The notes under the pieces were generated by a model that did no database searches, was not told the DNA's origin, and saw only the letters and a list, made by a program, of their open reading frames with translations. A DNA stretch of 64,000 nucleotides from Dehalococcoidia bacterium (lineage in GTDB: Bacteria > Chloroflexota > Dehalococcoidia > UBA2979), in NCBI GenBank assembly GCA_964291495.2, contig OZ219872.1, positions 384,001 to 448,000 on the forward strand, in the 5' to 3' direction. The position numbers and the translations under genes are program-made. Positions 19,069 to 31,947 of the stretch are shown here, piece by piece (the first letter of the stretch is position 1; each line of letters begins with the position of its first letter).

Positions 19069-19672
19069 TTAGCGCTCGATCAGGCTCCCGCCGAGGTCGG
19101 GCGAGGGGCGATCGAACGGGCGGTAGTCGGCGCGGCGGCGGCCGAGCGCGATGAACGCCTGCGGCTCGCCAGTCCTCGGGCAGATCGAGGACACGGCGCA
19201 CCTCGTCCGGCGTGTAGAGCGGGGCGGCCATCCAGTACGCGCCGAGCCCGCGCTCGCTGGCCTCGAGCAGCAGGTTCTGCAGCGCCGCGCCGAAGGAGTG
19301 CGCGGCCATCGTCCACTCGGCGCGGGTGCGCTCCTCGTCCGGGTAGACGTTCAGGCCCTCGCCGACGAGGCAGCCGAGCAGCAGCGTAGGCGCGCCCTCG
19401 ATGCGGCGGCGCGAGCGCTCGAGGGCGCGCCGACGCACGGCCTCGTCGAGGCCGTCGCGGACCATGTCCGCCTCCCAGGCCGCGCCCATCGCGGCGGCCA
19501 GCGCGGGGCGGCGCTGCTGCGAGATCGAGGCGAAGCGCCAGGGCCGCGTGTGGTGCGGCGCGGGCGCGAGCAGCGCCAGCTCGACCAGCGCCGCGATCTC
19601 CTCGCGGCTGAGCGGTGGGCCCTCAAGCCCGCGAATCGAGCGGCGGCGGCGCAGCGCGTCGGCAAGGCTCAT
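19069..19672 (-). CDS. Nitroreductase-fold protein resembling the FbiB C-terminal domain, with a 1-nt insertion near 19169
   Basis: RRSIR, APAPHHTRPWRF, GAALQNLLL..GLGAYWMAAP. The expected tail WEPQAFIALG..* continues in a shifted frame to TAA at 19069. Confidence 0.8.
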
Positions 19673-19743
19673 CGGGGCTCCGATCCCACTGCTGCTAGCA
19701 TGGCGCGCGGCTCAGAGCGCAGGCAGCGAGGGGGTACGACGCG

Positions 19744-20121
19744 ATGCGGATCACGCGCATCTACACCGGCGACGACGGGGAATCGCACTTCGAGGACATC
19801 GAGATCAACTTCACGGCGGCGATGGGGCTCGGGAAGCGCACGGAGCACCTCCCGGCCGAGAGCATCAGCATGCGCGAGGCCGATGTCGAGAACGTGATGG
19901 ACTGGCACGTCGCGCCCCGCCGTCAGTTCGTGATCAACGTCGCCGGCCGGGCCGAGATGGAGTGCGGCGACGGCAGCAAGCGCCAGCTTGGCCCCGGCGA
20001 CGTGCTGCTGGCCGACGACCTGACGGGCCGCGGCCACATCACCCGCACCGTCGAGCTGCCACGGCGCTCGGTCGTGGTGCCCGTGCCGGACGACTTCGAC
20101 GTCGACGCCCTGCGCGCGTAG
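19744..20121 (+). CDS. Small cupin-like protein
   Basis: YTGDDGESHFED, WHVAPRRQFV, GPGDVLLADDLTGRGH pattern. Confidence 0.8.
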   Translation: MRITRIYTGDDGESHFEDIEINFTAAMGLGKRTEHLPAESISMREADVENVMDWHVAPRRQFVINVAGRAEMECGDGSKRQLGPGDVLLADDLTGRGHITRTVELPRRSVVVPVPDDFDVDALRA

Positions 20122-20169
20122 CCCGCGCATCGAGGCAGCCCCGGCCCGCCGCGCTCGCATCGCTCGCCG

Positions 20170-21462
20170 CTAGACGGCGGCGGCTTCGACCGGCTGGTTC
20201 GTCCTCGGGTCGACCTCGAAGGGGCTGTGCAGCTCGAGCGAGGCGCCGATCTCGCGCACCGCGGGGAGCACCTCCTCGCCCATCAGCTTCATGCTGCGCA
20301 TCTGGTCCTCGTGGCTCATCGCGCCCTCGCCGTCCCAGAGGATGATCGAGCCGGGCCGCAGCAGCTCGAGGATGTAGCGCAGCTTCTCGATCACCGTCTT
20401 CGGCGATCCGGTGATGATCGTCATGCGCTCGATCTGCTGCTCGTAGGTGCCGGCGGAGCGCTCGATCGTCGAGAGTTGCTTGCCACTCTCGGGCGGCGCG
20501 GCGAGGCCGCGCGAGTAGGCGGTGGCGCGGTTGAGCGCGGCGGCCGGCATGGTGCGGTTGCGGGGCGCAAGCCCGGGCAGATTCTGCAGGTGGCGATGGA
20601 CGCCGCCCTGGTTGCCCTCGAGGAAAGGGTTGGGCGGCCCCTGGATGTACTTGCGGCCGACCTCGAAGGCGAGCTCGTCGGTCGCCTCGACGTGGACCTT
20701 GAAGAGGTAGCCGCGATGCTGGGGGCCGGCCTCGTAGCCGTGCTCGCGGGCGTGTTCGGCGTAGAACTCGAAGGACTGACGCGTCGCCTCGGGGGCGGTG
20801 GCGAGCATCACGTAGGGGTAGCGGTGCGCGGCCGCCCAGTCGGTGCTCTCCTTGCTGCCCCCGCCGGGGATCCAGATCGGCGGGTGCGGCTGCTGGTAGG
20901 GACGCGTGAAGGGGTTCACGTAGCGGTAGTTGTAGTGCTCCCCCTCCCAGCGGAACGGGCCGTGCTTCGTCCAGGCCGTCACGATGAAGTCGTGCGCCTC
21001 CTCGAAGCGCTCGCGGTTGAACGGCGGCTGCGCGTTGTGCGAGACGCTCTCGCGGCCCGAGCCGTGCACCCAGCCGGTCACGAGGCGGCCGCGCGAGATC
21101 ATGTCGATCTCGGCCAGCGACTCGGCGAGCCAGAGCGGGTCGTCCCAGAGCGGCAGGATGTTGCCGAGCAGCAGGATCCGCGGCCGCTTCGTGATCCTCG
21201 CGAGGATCGCCGCCTCCACGTTCATCACGCCACCCATGCAGGCGGGCGTGCTGTGGTGCTCGTTGAGCATCAGGGCGTCGAAGCCCGCCTCCTCGGCGGC
21301 GAGCTTCTCGTCGAGGTAGCGGTGATAGAGCATCGAGCCGAGGCGCGGGTCGTAGTCCTTGTTGCTGAGTCCGAGGTCGAAGTAGGCCTCGCGCGTGGTG
21401 GAGCCGAAGAAGCCGTGCTCCTCGTCCTGGTAGGGCCGCTCCGTAAAATGCCCGATCAGCAC
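20170..21462 (-). CDS. Luciferase-like (LLM) flavin-dependent oxidoreductase
   Basis: GFDALMLNEHH, LAEIDMISRGRL, PYQQPHPPIW, GEEVLPAVR. GTG start at 21462. Confidence 0.9.
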   Translation of the reverse strand: MLIGHFTERPYQDEEHGFFGSTTREAYFDLGLSNKDYDPRLGSMLYHRYLDEKLAAEEAGFDALMLNEHHSTPACMGGVMNVEAAILARITKRPRILLLGNILPLWDDPLWLAESLAEIDMISRGRLVTGWVHGSGRESVSHNAQPPFNRERFEEAHDFIVTAWTKHGPFRWEGEHYNYRYVNPFTRPYQQPHPPIWIPGGGSKESTDWAAAHRYPYVMLATAPEATRQSFEFYAEHAREHGYEAGPQHRGYLFKVHVEATDELAFEVGRKYIQGPPNPFLEGNQGGVHRHLQNLPGLAPRNRTMPAAALNRATAYSRGLAAPPESGKQLSTIERSAGTYEQQIERMTIITGSPKTVIEKLRYILELLRPGSIILWDGEGAMSHEDQMRSMKLMGEEVLPAVREIGASLELHSPFEVDPRTNQPVEAAAV

Positions 21463-21580
21463 CGTCCCGCCCCTCTCGCGCGGCCCGCGATCACGTCTCG
21501 CGAGGGCCTCCGGCCCTCGTGGGCCGCCGCTACGGTACCATCCCGGCGCGCCGCATCGCTGGCGCGGAACGGGGGCGAAG

Positions 21581-22489
21581 ATGGAACTGGGCGTCGTCTT
21601 TCCCACGAACGAGATGGGCACCGACCCGATTGCGATCCGGGACTATGCGCAGGCTGCCGAGGACCTCGGCTACACCCGCCTCGTCGCCTACGACCACGTC
21701 CTCGGCGCACACCCCGACCGCCCTGAGGGCGGCGCCTGGCTCGGTCCCTACGGGCGGCACGTCACACCGCCGTACACGCACGAAAACGCCTTCCACGAGC
21801 CGTTCGTGCTGTTCGGCTTCCTCGCCGGGCTCACCGGCAGGCTCGAGTTCATGACCGGGGTGCTGGTGCTGCCGCAGCGGCAGACAGCGCTCGTCGCCAA
21901 GCAATGCGCGCAGATCGACATCCTCGCGGGTGGCGGGCGGCTGATTCTCGGCGTCGGCGTCGGCTGGAACTCGGTCGAGTTCGAGGCGCTGGGCGAGAGC
22001 TACCGCACGCGCGGGCGGCGCATGGAGGAGCAGATCGGCCTGCTGCGGCAGCTCTGGACGGAGCCGGTCATCACCTTCGAGGGCGACTTCGACCGCGTCA
22101 CCAAGGCCGGCCTGAACCCGCTGCCCGAGCGCCCGATCCCGATCTGGATCGGCGCGATGGCGGATGTCGCCGTCGACCGCGCCGGCCGCCTCGCCGACGG
22201 CTGGCACGTCCCGCGCGCCTACCGCGGCGACGCCGAGCGGATCGCCCTCGAGGCGCAGAAGTTCTTCGGCGCCGCCCGCGCCGCGGGGCGCGACCCCTCG
22301 ACGCTGGGCCTGAGCAGCAACCTGCACGTCGTGGGGCTGAACCCGGACGAGCAGCTCGAGTTGGCCGAGGGCGTGGAGGCGGCGGGCGTCACGCACCTGC
22401 ACATCAGCACGATGGAGGTCGGCTACACACCCGAGCAGCACATCAGCGCAATCCGCAACTTCGCCGAGCAGTACGGCGTGGGCGCCTAG
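21581..22489 (+). CDS. LLM class, probably F420-dependent oxidoreductase
   Basis: YDHVLG, FHEPFVLFGFLAG, VLVLPQRQTALVAKQ, GVGVGWNSVEF. Confidence 0.9.
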   Translation: MELGVVFPTNEMGTDPIAIRDYAQAAEDLGYTRLVAYDHVLGAHPDRPEGGAWLGPYGRHVTPPYTHENAFHEPFVLFGFLAGLTGRLEFMTGVLVLPQRQTALVAKQCAQIDILAGGGRLILGVGVGWNSVEFEALGESYRTRGRRMEEQIGLLRQLWTEPVITFEGDFDRVTKAGLNPLPERPIPIWIGAMADVAVDRAGRLADGWHVPRAYRGDAERIALEAQKFFGAARAAGRDPSTLGLSSNLHVVGLNPDEQLELAEGVEAAGVTHLHISTMEVGYTPEQHISAIRNFAEQYGVGA

Positions 22490-22507
22490 CCCCGCGCGGC
22501 GAGCAGC

Positions 22508-22930
22508 GTGCCCGTCCCCGACCTCGACGAGTGGCGCCGCCGCTGGGAGCGCCCGATTCTCCAGCGCCTCGGCATCCGCGGCGACACCGTCGAGCACGGC
22601 TACGCGCGGATGCGCGTCGATCGCCCCGAGGGCGCCGACGAGCTGCTGTACCGCAGCTCCCTCACCATCGCCGCCGACCTCGCAGCCATCTCCGCCGTCA
22701 CGTCGCAGCTCGAGGAGGGCGTGCAGCTCGCGAACGGCACCGCCGAGCTGCACCTCTCGTTCATCGACACGCCGGGCGGGCTGCCCGGCGCCATCGAGGT
22801 CAGCGCGCGTGTCGCGAACTGGGCGGACTACGCCACGCACCTCGAGGTCGAGGCGCGCGCGCCCGGCGGCGAGCTGCTGGCGCAGGGGCTGACCACCTAC
22901 TCGCTGCGACCCGTGGCGGGGGCCTCGTGA
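22508..22930 (+). CDS. PaaI-like hotdog-fold protein (divergent)
   Basis: Size and pattern ADLAAISAV..GTAELHLSF..LLAQGLTTY. Overlaps the next hotdog gene. Confidence 0.65.
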   Translation: MPVPDLDEWRRRWERPILQRLGIRGDTVEHGYARMRVDRPEGADELLYRSSLTIAADLAAISAVTSQLEEGVQLANGTAELHLSFIDTPGGLPGAIEVSARVANWADYATHLEVEARAPGGELLAQGLTTYSLRPVAGAS

Positions 22931-23364
22931 GCTCCGTCGGCGCGGCTGCCGGGCCGCTCTTCGAGGTCTTCGCGATCGAGGTCGAGGAGCTGCGCGAGGG
23001 CTACGCACGCATCGCCGTGGAACGCTCGCGGATGCCGCTGCGCGGCGTGCGCAACTCGCTCAACGGGGGCGTCGTCGCCTCGCTCGCCGACGCGGCGATG
23101 CAACTCTGCACCGAGACGGTGCTGCGGCCCGGCGAGCAGCCGGGGCCGACGCTGGAGCTGAGCATCTCCTACCTTTCCTCGGCACGCGGGGAGCGGACCA
23201 CCGCCGAGGCGCGGTTGTTGCGCCGCGGCGGCCGCCTCGCCGTCGGCGACGTGGAGCTGCGCGACGCCTCGGACGGCGCGATCAACGCGAAGGCGCGCGT
23301 CACCTGCGGCATCCGCCGCGCCGCCGACACGAACGCAAGCGAGGAGACGGGAGGCGACCAATGA
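22927..23364 (+). CDS. PaaI family thioesterase
   Basis: NSLNGGVVASLADAAM, TLELSISYL, RRGGRLAVGDVE. GTGA overlap. Confidence 0.82.
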   Translation: MSSVGAAAGPLFEVFAIEVEELREGYARIAVERSRMPLRGVRNSLNGGVVASLADAAMQLCTETVLRPGEQPGPTLELSISYLSSARGERTTAEARLLRRGGRLAVGDVELRDASDGAINAKARVTCGIRRAADTNASEETGGDQ

Positions 23365-24533
23365 CGGAGCAGACGGAGCAGAAGCCGCGCTGGGCGGTCG
23401 AGGGCGTGCTCAGCGACGAGATGCTGGACCGGCACCGCACGCGGCTCGGACGGACCTGGGAGGCGGAGGGCCTGCTCGACCGCTCGGCGATCGACATCTT
23501 CGCGCGCGCGATCGGGGACTCGAACCCCCTCTGGCAGGATCCCGAGTACGCCGCAGCCGGGCCGTTCGGCGCCTTGGTGGCGCCACCCGGCGCGCTCTAC
23601 CGCATCCACCTCGGCAACGCGATGCACGGCCTGCGCGGCGTCATGGGCTACAACATCGGCACCGCCTGGGAGCTGCTCGCTCCCATCTACGAGGGCGACA
23701 CGATCCGCACCTCGATCGTCTTCGACGAGATCGAGGAGCGCGACGAGTCGCGCTTCGCCCAGCGCTCGATCATCGAGCACTACCGGGGCGACTGGACGAA
23801 CCAGCGCGGCGAGGTGGTCGCGCGCTCGCACGTGCGCAACCTGCGCGTCGAGCGCAGCAGCACGCGCCGCAAGGGTCGCGACACGCGCCTCGAGGTGCCG
23901 CACCCCTGGAGCGACGAGGAACGGCTGGCGATCGAGGAGGCCTCGGCGCGCGAGCCGGAGCAGATCCGCGGCAGCGAGCCGCTGTGGTGGGAGGACGTGG
24001 AGGAGGACACGGCGCTGGAGCCGCTGGTCAAGGGCCCGCTGCGCATGTGGGACATGATCTGCTGGTTCTCCGCGCGCGCCATCCTCAACGGTTACTCGCG
24101 CTCCATCCGCGGCATCCTCGACACGCCCGCGCTCGGCATGCTCCACCCGGCGAGCAACGCCCGCGAGCCGATCGAGATCGTGCACGTCGACAACGAGGCG
24201 GCGCGCACCGCCGGGCTGCCCGGCGCCTACGACCTCGGCGCGGCGCGGCAGTCCTACCAGCTGCAATCTCTGATCCACGCCGTAGGCGACGACGCCTGGA
24301 TCAAGCACAACTCCTGCGAGTACCGGCGCTTCGTCTACCTCGGCGACGCGATGACGTTCCAGAACACCGTCACGCGCAAGTTCGTCGACGAGGACGGCGA
24401 GCACTGCATCGAGGTGCACGGCTCGGTCTTCAACCAGCGCAAGGAGGACGTGATGCCCTCGCGCTCCGTGATCGCGCTGCCCAGCCGCGAGGAGGAGACG
24501 ACGCCGGCGCGGCGGCGCGCCCGCGCGAGCTGA
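23361..24533 (+). CDS. Double hotdog MaoC/FAS1-like dehydratase
   Basis: FARAIGDSNPLW..GALVAPP in the first domain. VHVDNEAARTAGLPGAYD and YRRFVYLGD in the second. Confidence 0.82.
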   Translation: MTEQTEQKPRWAVEGVLSDEMLDRHRTRLGRTWEAEGLLDRSAIDIFARAIGDSNPLWQDPEYAAAGPFGALVAPPGALYRIHLGNAMHGLRGVMGYNIGTAWELLAPIYEGDTIRTSIVFDEIEERDESRFAQRSIIEHYRGDWTNQRGEVVARSHVRNLRVERSSTRRKGRDTRLEVPHPWSDEERLAIEEASAREPEQIRGSEPLWWEDVEEDTALEPLVKGPLRMWDMICWFSARAILNGYSRSIRGILDTPALGMLHPASNAREPIEIVHVDNEAARTAGLPGAYDLGAARQSYQLQSLIHAVGDDAWIKHNSCEYRRFVYLGDAMTFQNTVTRKFVDEDGEHCIEVHGSVFNQRKEDVMPSRSVIALPSREEETTPARRRARAS

Positions 24534-24606
24534 CTCGTGGTCCGATAGCATGCGCCCGGCCCGCCATCACGGGCGGAATCGCGTGCGCGAACGAACGGAG
24601 GACGAG

Positions 24607-25431
24607 ATGGTTTCAATCACCGTGGGCAACGTCGAGATCGTGCAGTTGCTCGACCTCAATCTTGGATTCCCGTTCGCCAACGTCTTCCCCGACGTCAGCG
24701 AGGAGCAGTGGACCCCCTACCTCTCGCAGTATCCGGGTTCCGGCGAGAGCACCGATCTGTGGCGCTCGAACGCACAGTGCTACGCCCTGCGCTCCGGCGG
24801 GGAGACGATCCTGATCGACACCGGCTTCGGCCCCGGCCCGTTCGACTTCCTCGGCGGCGCGACGGGCAACCTGGTGCCGGACATGCAGGCGCAGGGCGTC
24901 GAGCCGGACTCCGTCGGGCGCGTGGCCTTCACGCACCTGCACGGCGACCACGTCGGCTGGAGCGTGGGCGAGGGCGGCGCGGCCACCTTCGCCAACGCGC
25001 GCTACGTCGTGCCGCAGGCGGACTGGGACGCGTTCCATGGCGACCCGAACAGCCCGCACGTCGAGGCGCAGATCGAGCCGCTCGAGGCGCTCGGCGTGAT
25101 GGATCTCGTCGCCGGCGAGGTGGCGCTGACCGATGAGATCACCGCGATCCCCACGCCCGGCCACACGCCGGGACACCAGAGCTTCGTGATCGACTCGGCC
25201 GGTGAACGGGCGCTGATCCTCGGCGACGTGGCGCACCACCCCGCGCAGAGCGAGGAGACCGGGTGGAGCCCGAGCTTCGACAGCGACGGCTCGCTCAGCG
25301 CGGAGACCCGCCGCGACGTCATGGAGCGCCTGGAGGCCGACGGCGACCTCGTGGCCGCCTGCCACTTCCCGGCGCCCGGCTTCGGCCACATCGTGCGCGT
25401 CGAGGGCAAGCGCACCTTCCGCGCGCTGTAG
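24607..25431 (+). CDS. Metallo-beta-lactamase fold hydrolase
   Basis: THLHGDHVG, TPGHTPGH, GDVAH, CHF. Confidence 0.9.
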   Translation: MVSITVGNVEIVQLLDLNLGFPFANVFPDVSEEQWTPYLSQYPGSGESTDLWRSNAQCYALRSGGETILIDTGFGPGPFDFLGGATGNLVPDMQAQGVEPDSVGRVAFTHLHGDHVGWSVGEGGAATFANARYVVPQADWDAFHGDPNSPHVEAQIEPLEALGVMDLVAGEVALTDEITAIPTPGHTPGHQSFVIDSAGERALILGDVAHHPAQSEETGWSPSFDSDGSLSAETRRDVMERLEADGDLVAACHFPAPGFGHIVRVEGKRTFRAL

Positions 25432-25440
25432 GAGACCGGG

Positions 25441-26442
25441 TCAGGCGAGCAGCGACTCCAGCACGCGGCCGACCTCGCGCGGGTCGCCCTCGGGCATGTA
25501 GAGCATCTGCACGTCCGCGCCGAGGCGGGCGCGCTCGGCGAGGCGCTCACGCACCTCCCCGATCGGCCCGATCACCTGGATCCCCGCGATCATCTCGTCG
25601 CTGAGCGCGGCCAGCGAGGCCTCGCGGTCGCGCTCGCCCCAGGCCGCCTTCGAGGCGGCGACCTCGTCGGCGTGCCCGGCGCGGGTGAGCATCTGCCAGT
25701 AGAAGTCGCCCATGCGGTTCACGTAGTGATGGACGTGCGCGCGGGCCGCCATCCACTTGCGCTCGTCCTCGTCGGCGTTGCCGTCGAGGATGAAGACGTT
25801 GGTGAACGGCGCGATCGTGATCTCCGCGGCGTCGCGCCCGGCGCTGCTCGCGCCCTCCTCGAGCTGCTCGCGCAGCTGCGGCAGCAGCCGCGTCGGCCAG
25901 TGGATCGGCAGGATGCCGTCGGCGATCTCGCCGGTCTGGCGGATCGAGCGAGGGGTGATCGCGGCGATCCAGACGGGAACCTCGTCGCGCACGCGCGGAT
26001 AGTCGAGCCGGAAGCCGCGCTGCAGCTGGAACAGCTCGCCCTCGTACTCCAGGCGCTGGCCGGCCATCAGCATCTGGAAGATCTCGACGTACTCGCGGAT
26101 GCGGCGCAGCGGCCGCTCGAACGGCACCCCGAAGAAGTCCTCGATCACGAGGTGGCCGGAGGAGCCGAGGCCGAGCACCATCCGGCCCTCGGAGATCTGC
26201 TCGAGCCGCGCGAACTCCTGCGCCAGCGTGGCGGGACTGCGCGAGAAGACGTTGAGGATCGAGGGCAGGATCGTGGCGCGCTCGGTGTGCTCGGCGAGCA
26301 GCGTGAGCCAGGGGATCGCGGATGGGCCCCAGGATTCGCCGCCGCTGGTGATGTACTCGATGCCGAGGTCCTCGGCGATCCGCACCTTCTCCAGCGTTTC
26401 CCGCCAGTCGTCCCCCATAGCGGCCTGCAGTCCGAGCTTCAT
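25441..26442 (-). CDS. LLM class (Mer-like) flavin/F420-dependent oxidoreductase
   Basis: ESWG, ILNVFSRSPATLA, GRMVLGLGSSG, GEIADG. Confidence 0.88.
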   Translation of the reverse strand: MKLGLQAAMGDDWRETLEKVRIAEDLGIEYITSGGESWGPSAIPWLTLLAEHTERATILPSILNVFSRSPATLAQEFARLEQISEGRMVLGLGSSGHLVIEDFFGVPFERPLRRIREYVEIFQMLMAGQRLEYEGELFQLQRGFRLDYPRVRDEVPVWIAAITPRSIRQTGEIADGILPIHWPTRLLPQLREQLEEGASSAGRDAAEITIAPFTNVFILDGNADEDERKWMAARAHVHHYVNRMGDFYWQMLTRAGHADEVAASKAAWGERDREASLAALSDEMIAGIQVIGPIGEVRERLAERARLGADVQMLYMPEGDPREVGRVLESLLA

Positions 26443-26553
26443 CGCGGCCCCCTCTCGCGCGCCGGATTCTAGCCTGCCCGCAGCACACAGGAGCCGCAGC
26501 CGGGCTCCCGCGCTACCATGCGCCGGACAAGCGAAGGAGCACCGGCGGGAGCC

Positions 26554-26919
26554 ATGCCCAACCAGTACGCCGCCACCGACACGCGCACCGGCCTCGAGGT
26601 CACCGTCACGGGCGAGTTCCCCGAGGAGCCCGAGGACCGCGTGCGCATCGCCCGCACCTCGACGCTGTTCACGCGGCTGATGGCGACGATCCTCGATATG
26701 GAGGACGCGACGCCGCGCCGCGAGGGCTTCCGCGCCGTCGAGACGCAGCTCGAGATCGCGGATGCGCTGCTGCGCCGCGACATGGAAGAGGTGCAGCGCC
26801 TGATCCGCGAGACGCTGTCCTCGATGGGCATCACCGAGGACCACCTCGGCGAGATCGAGGCGGAGCTGCGCCGCCAGCTCGGCCAGCTCGGCGACGAGCA
26901 GCCCCCGGAGCCGGTGTAG
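26554..26919 (+). CDS. Hypothetical acidic, mostly helical protein (121 aa)
   Basis: GGGAG SD, host-like codon usage. Confidence 0.75.
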   Translation: MPNQYAATDTRTGLEVTVTGEFPEEPEDRVRIARTSTLFTRLMATILDMEDATPRREGFRAVETQLEIADALLRRDMEEVQRLIRETLSSMGITEDHLGEIEAELRRQLGQLGDEQPPEPV

Positions 26920-26935
26920 TCCTGCGCCGTCGACG

Positions 26936-26972
26936 TTGCAGCGGACGAGCGGCAGCCGTATGGTTTTCCATA
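26936..26972 (+). promoter_or_regulatory. sigma70-type promoter of vapBC with an overlapping palindromic operator; leaderless
   Basis: TTGCAG-N17-TATGGT-N7-ATG. Palindrome TATGG-TTTT-CCATA at 26959-26972. Confidence 0.7.
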
Positions 26973-27235
26973 TGAAGACCACGCTCAACATCGACGACAC
27001 GGTGATGAAGCGGCTGCGCGAAGAGGCGGCGCGGCGCGACACGACCATGTCCGCGCTCGTCGAGGCAGGCCTGCGGCGCATCCTTGATGACGAGCCTTCC
27101 ACGGGGTCCGTCGAGGCGGAACTGCCGCCACTCCCGACATGGAACGGGGGCGAGGCGCGGGTTGACGTGGCCGATCGCGACGCGCTGGAAGCGGTGATGG
27201 GTGGCGACGGCCCGTACACGACACCGGGAGCGTAG
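26972..27235 (+). CDS. vapB: Ribbon-helix-helix antitoxin (VapB-like)
   Basis: MKTTLNIDDTVMKRLREEAARRDTTMSALVEAGLR, directly upstream of a PIN toxin. Confidence 0.85.
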   Translation: MKTTLNIDDTVMKRLREEAARRDTTMSALVEAGLRRILDDEPSTGSVEAELPPLPTWNGGEARVDVADRDALEAVMGGDGPYTTPGA

Positions 27236-27240
27236 GCACC

Positions 27241-27675
27241 CTGCTGGTCTTAGACACCAACGTCCTGCTCGACGCCGCCAACGAGGCGTCGGGATTCCAC
27301 GGCGCGTGCGCGGGGCTGCTCGATGAGGCGCGCCGCGATCCGTCTCCGGCGTACCTGACCTGGAACATCTGCTACGAGTTCATGCGGGTAAGTACTCACC
27401 CGCACGTATTTACGTCACCATGGCGCATCGACGAGGCTCGCGAGTTCATCGAGGAGCTGCTTGCGTCGCCGGGCTTCGGGCTGCTTCGCGCTACCGAACG
27501 GCACGCTGCTGTCCTGAGCCAAACGCTGTCCGAGCTGCCGGCGCTCCGGGGGAACGTGGTGCATGACCTCCACACAGCGGTACTCATGCGCGAGCACGGC
27601 ATCAGCCGTATCTGCACTCGTGACGCGGACTTCCACCGCTTCCCGTTCCTCACGGTCGTCGATCCGCTCGGCTGA
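27241..27675 (+). CDS. vapC: PIN-domain toxin VapC, probable CTG start
   Basis: (x)LVLDTNVLL..ICYEFMRV..GNVVHDLH..TRDADF, containing the four PIN acidic residues. The track start at 27382 would remove the first two. Confidence 0.85.
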   Translation: MLVLDTNVLLDAANEASGFHGACAGLLDEARRDPSPAYLTWNICYEFMRVSTHPHVFTSPWRIDEAREFIEELLASPGFGLLRATERHAAVLSQTLSELPALRGNVVHDLHTAVLMREHGISRICTRDADFHRFPFLTVVDPLG

Positions 27676-27802
27676 CTTGTAGCCCCCCGCGCTGGCGCCG
27701 CCGGGGGCGCATCGCTACGATGGACGGGACCGCCCATTCGAACCGCCGAGGGGCGCCGTCCCCCGTTTGCGACGCCCTCCCCCACCACGATCGAGGTGGA
27801 CT

Positions 27803-30781
<2,979 letters not shown>

Positions 30782-30804
30782 GCGGCCTGCTCAGGCCTCG
30801 CTCG

Positions 30805-31308
30805 CTACCAGAACTTCCACCAGGGCTTGCCGCCACTCGCAGCCGGCGCGCCCAGCTGTGAGAGCTCGGCGGCGTGCTCGACGGCCTCCTGGCTGGCTCG
30901 CGGCACGTTCTCGACGAGGCGCGGGATCAGCTCGTAGAGCACGTCCATATCCTCCGGCGTGAGCCGGTCGCGCGCGACCATGTGCACGAGCCCCGCGCGA
31001 TGCATCGCGATAGCGCCCGGCACGCGTTCGAACGCCTTGTCGTACGCGTGAGCCACATCCCGCGCTCCCTCGAGGTTGTCGGCGGCGAGGCTCAGCCACG
31101 AGCGCAGGCGGCTCTCCGTGAAGTCGGCGAGCGGCTCATCGTCAAGCGCGTACTCGGCGCGGATCATCGACTCGGCGCTCTGCTCACGCGCGTCCTGCTC
31201 GAGTGCGGCCAACGCTTCGAAGCGCTGCCGCATCTCGGAGACTCGCGCCGACGCTTCGGTTTCGCTGAGCGCCGACCACGTCGTGTCCGGCTGCCCTCCG
31301 TTCGTCAT
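30805..31308 (-). CDS. Hypothetical helical protein with a C-terminal KPWWKFW motif
   Basis: AAGGA SD before ATG 31308, clean ORF. Confidence 0.75.
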   Translation of the reverse strand: MTNGGQPDTTWSALSETEASARVSEMRQRFEALAALEQDAREQSAESMIRAEYALDDEPLADFTESRLRSWLSLAADNLEGARDVAHAYDKAFERVPGAIAMHRAGLVHMVARDRLTPEDMDVLYELIPRLVENVPRASQEAVEHAAELSQLGAPAASGGKPWWKFW

Positions 31309-31391
31309 CGCTCGTTCCTTCCCCGCCAAGGCAGAGCGCGGTACGCTCCGGAGAGACGTGCTCCCTTGCGCGTTGCACACAACGTTATCGC

Positions 31392-31910
31392 ATGACCACC
31401 ATCCAACTCCAGCCCGAGGATGCCCGCCTCGCCGCGCTGGCCGTCGTCTACCACCTCGGGCGGCCGGGGTCGGAGTTGGACGCGGCGACGCTGCAGCCGC
31501 ACGAGGCCGGGCTCGGGCCGCTGCAGCCGGCGATCGAGGGGCAGCTCGCCCTCGCGGTGACGACGCTCGATGTCACGGCGTACCAGCTCTCGCGCCTCGG
31601 CGAGGCGCTGCACGGCACCGTCAACGAGCTCAAGCAGTACGAGCTGAGCGAGGGCCGCTCGGTGGTCCCCGGCTTCGCCGAGGCGTTCGCGCGCCTCTTC
31701 CCCGAGCACGCCTCCGAGGGCGGCGGAGCGCTCGACCTCGCCTCGCAGGGGGTTATGCTGCGCCGGCGGCTCGACGCCGCAGTCCGCGAGGCGGCCGAGC
31801 AGGTGGAGGCCGAGCGAGCAGCCGAGGCGGAGCGTGCGGCCGCCGAGGCGGCGGCGTCCGGCGAGCGGCGCGGCTTCTGGCGGCGGCTCTTTCGCCGCCG
31901 CTCACGGTGA
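31392..31910 (+). CDS. Hypothetical protein with a C-terminal amphipathic tail (RRGFWRRLF)
   Basis: Host-like codon usage, divergent from the 30805-31308 gene. Confidence 0.75.
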   Translation: MTTIQLQPEDARLAALAVVYHLGRPGSELDAATLQPHEAGLGPLQPAIEGQLALAVTTLDVTAYQLSRLGEALHGTVNELKQYELSEGRSVVPGFAEAFARLFPEHASEGGGALDLASQGVMLRRRLDAAVREAAEQVEAERAAEAERAAAEAAASGERRGFWRRLFRRRSR

Positions 31911-31947
31911 GCACGGGCAGGGTCTGGAGCCCTCCGGCAGCCCTCGC

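Noticed and set aside
27676-27802. LexA box (GAAC-N4-GTTC) upstream of uvrA
   Set aside because: No adequate match found by eye.
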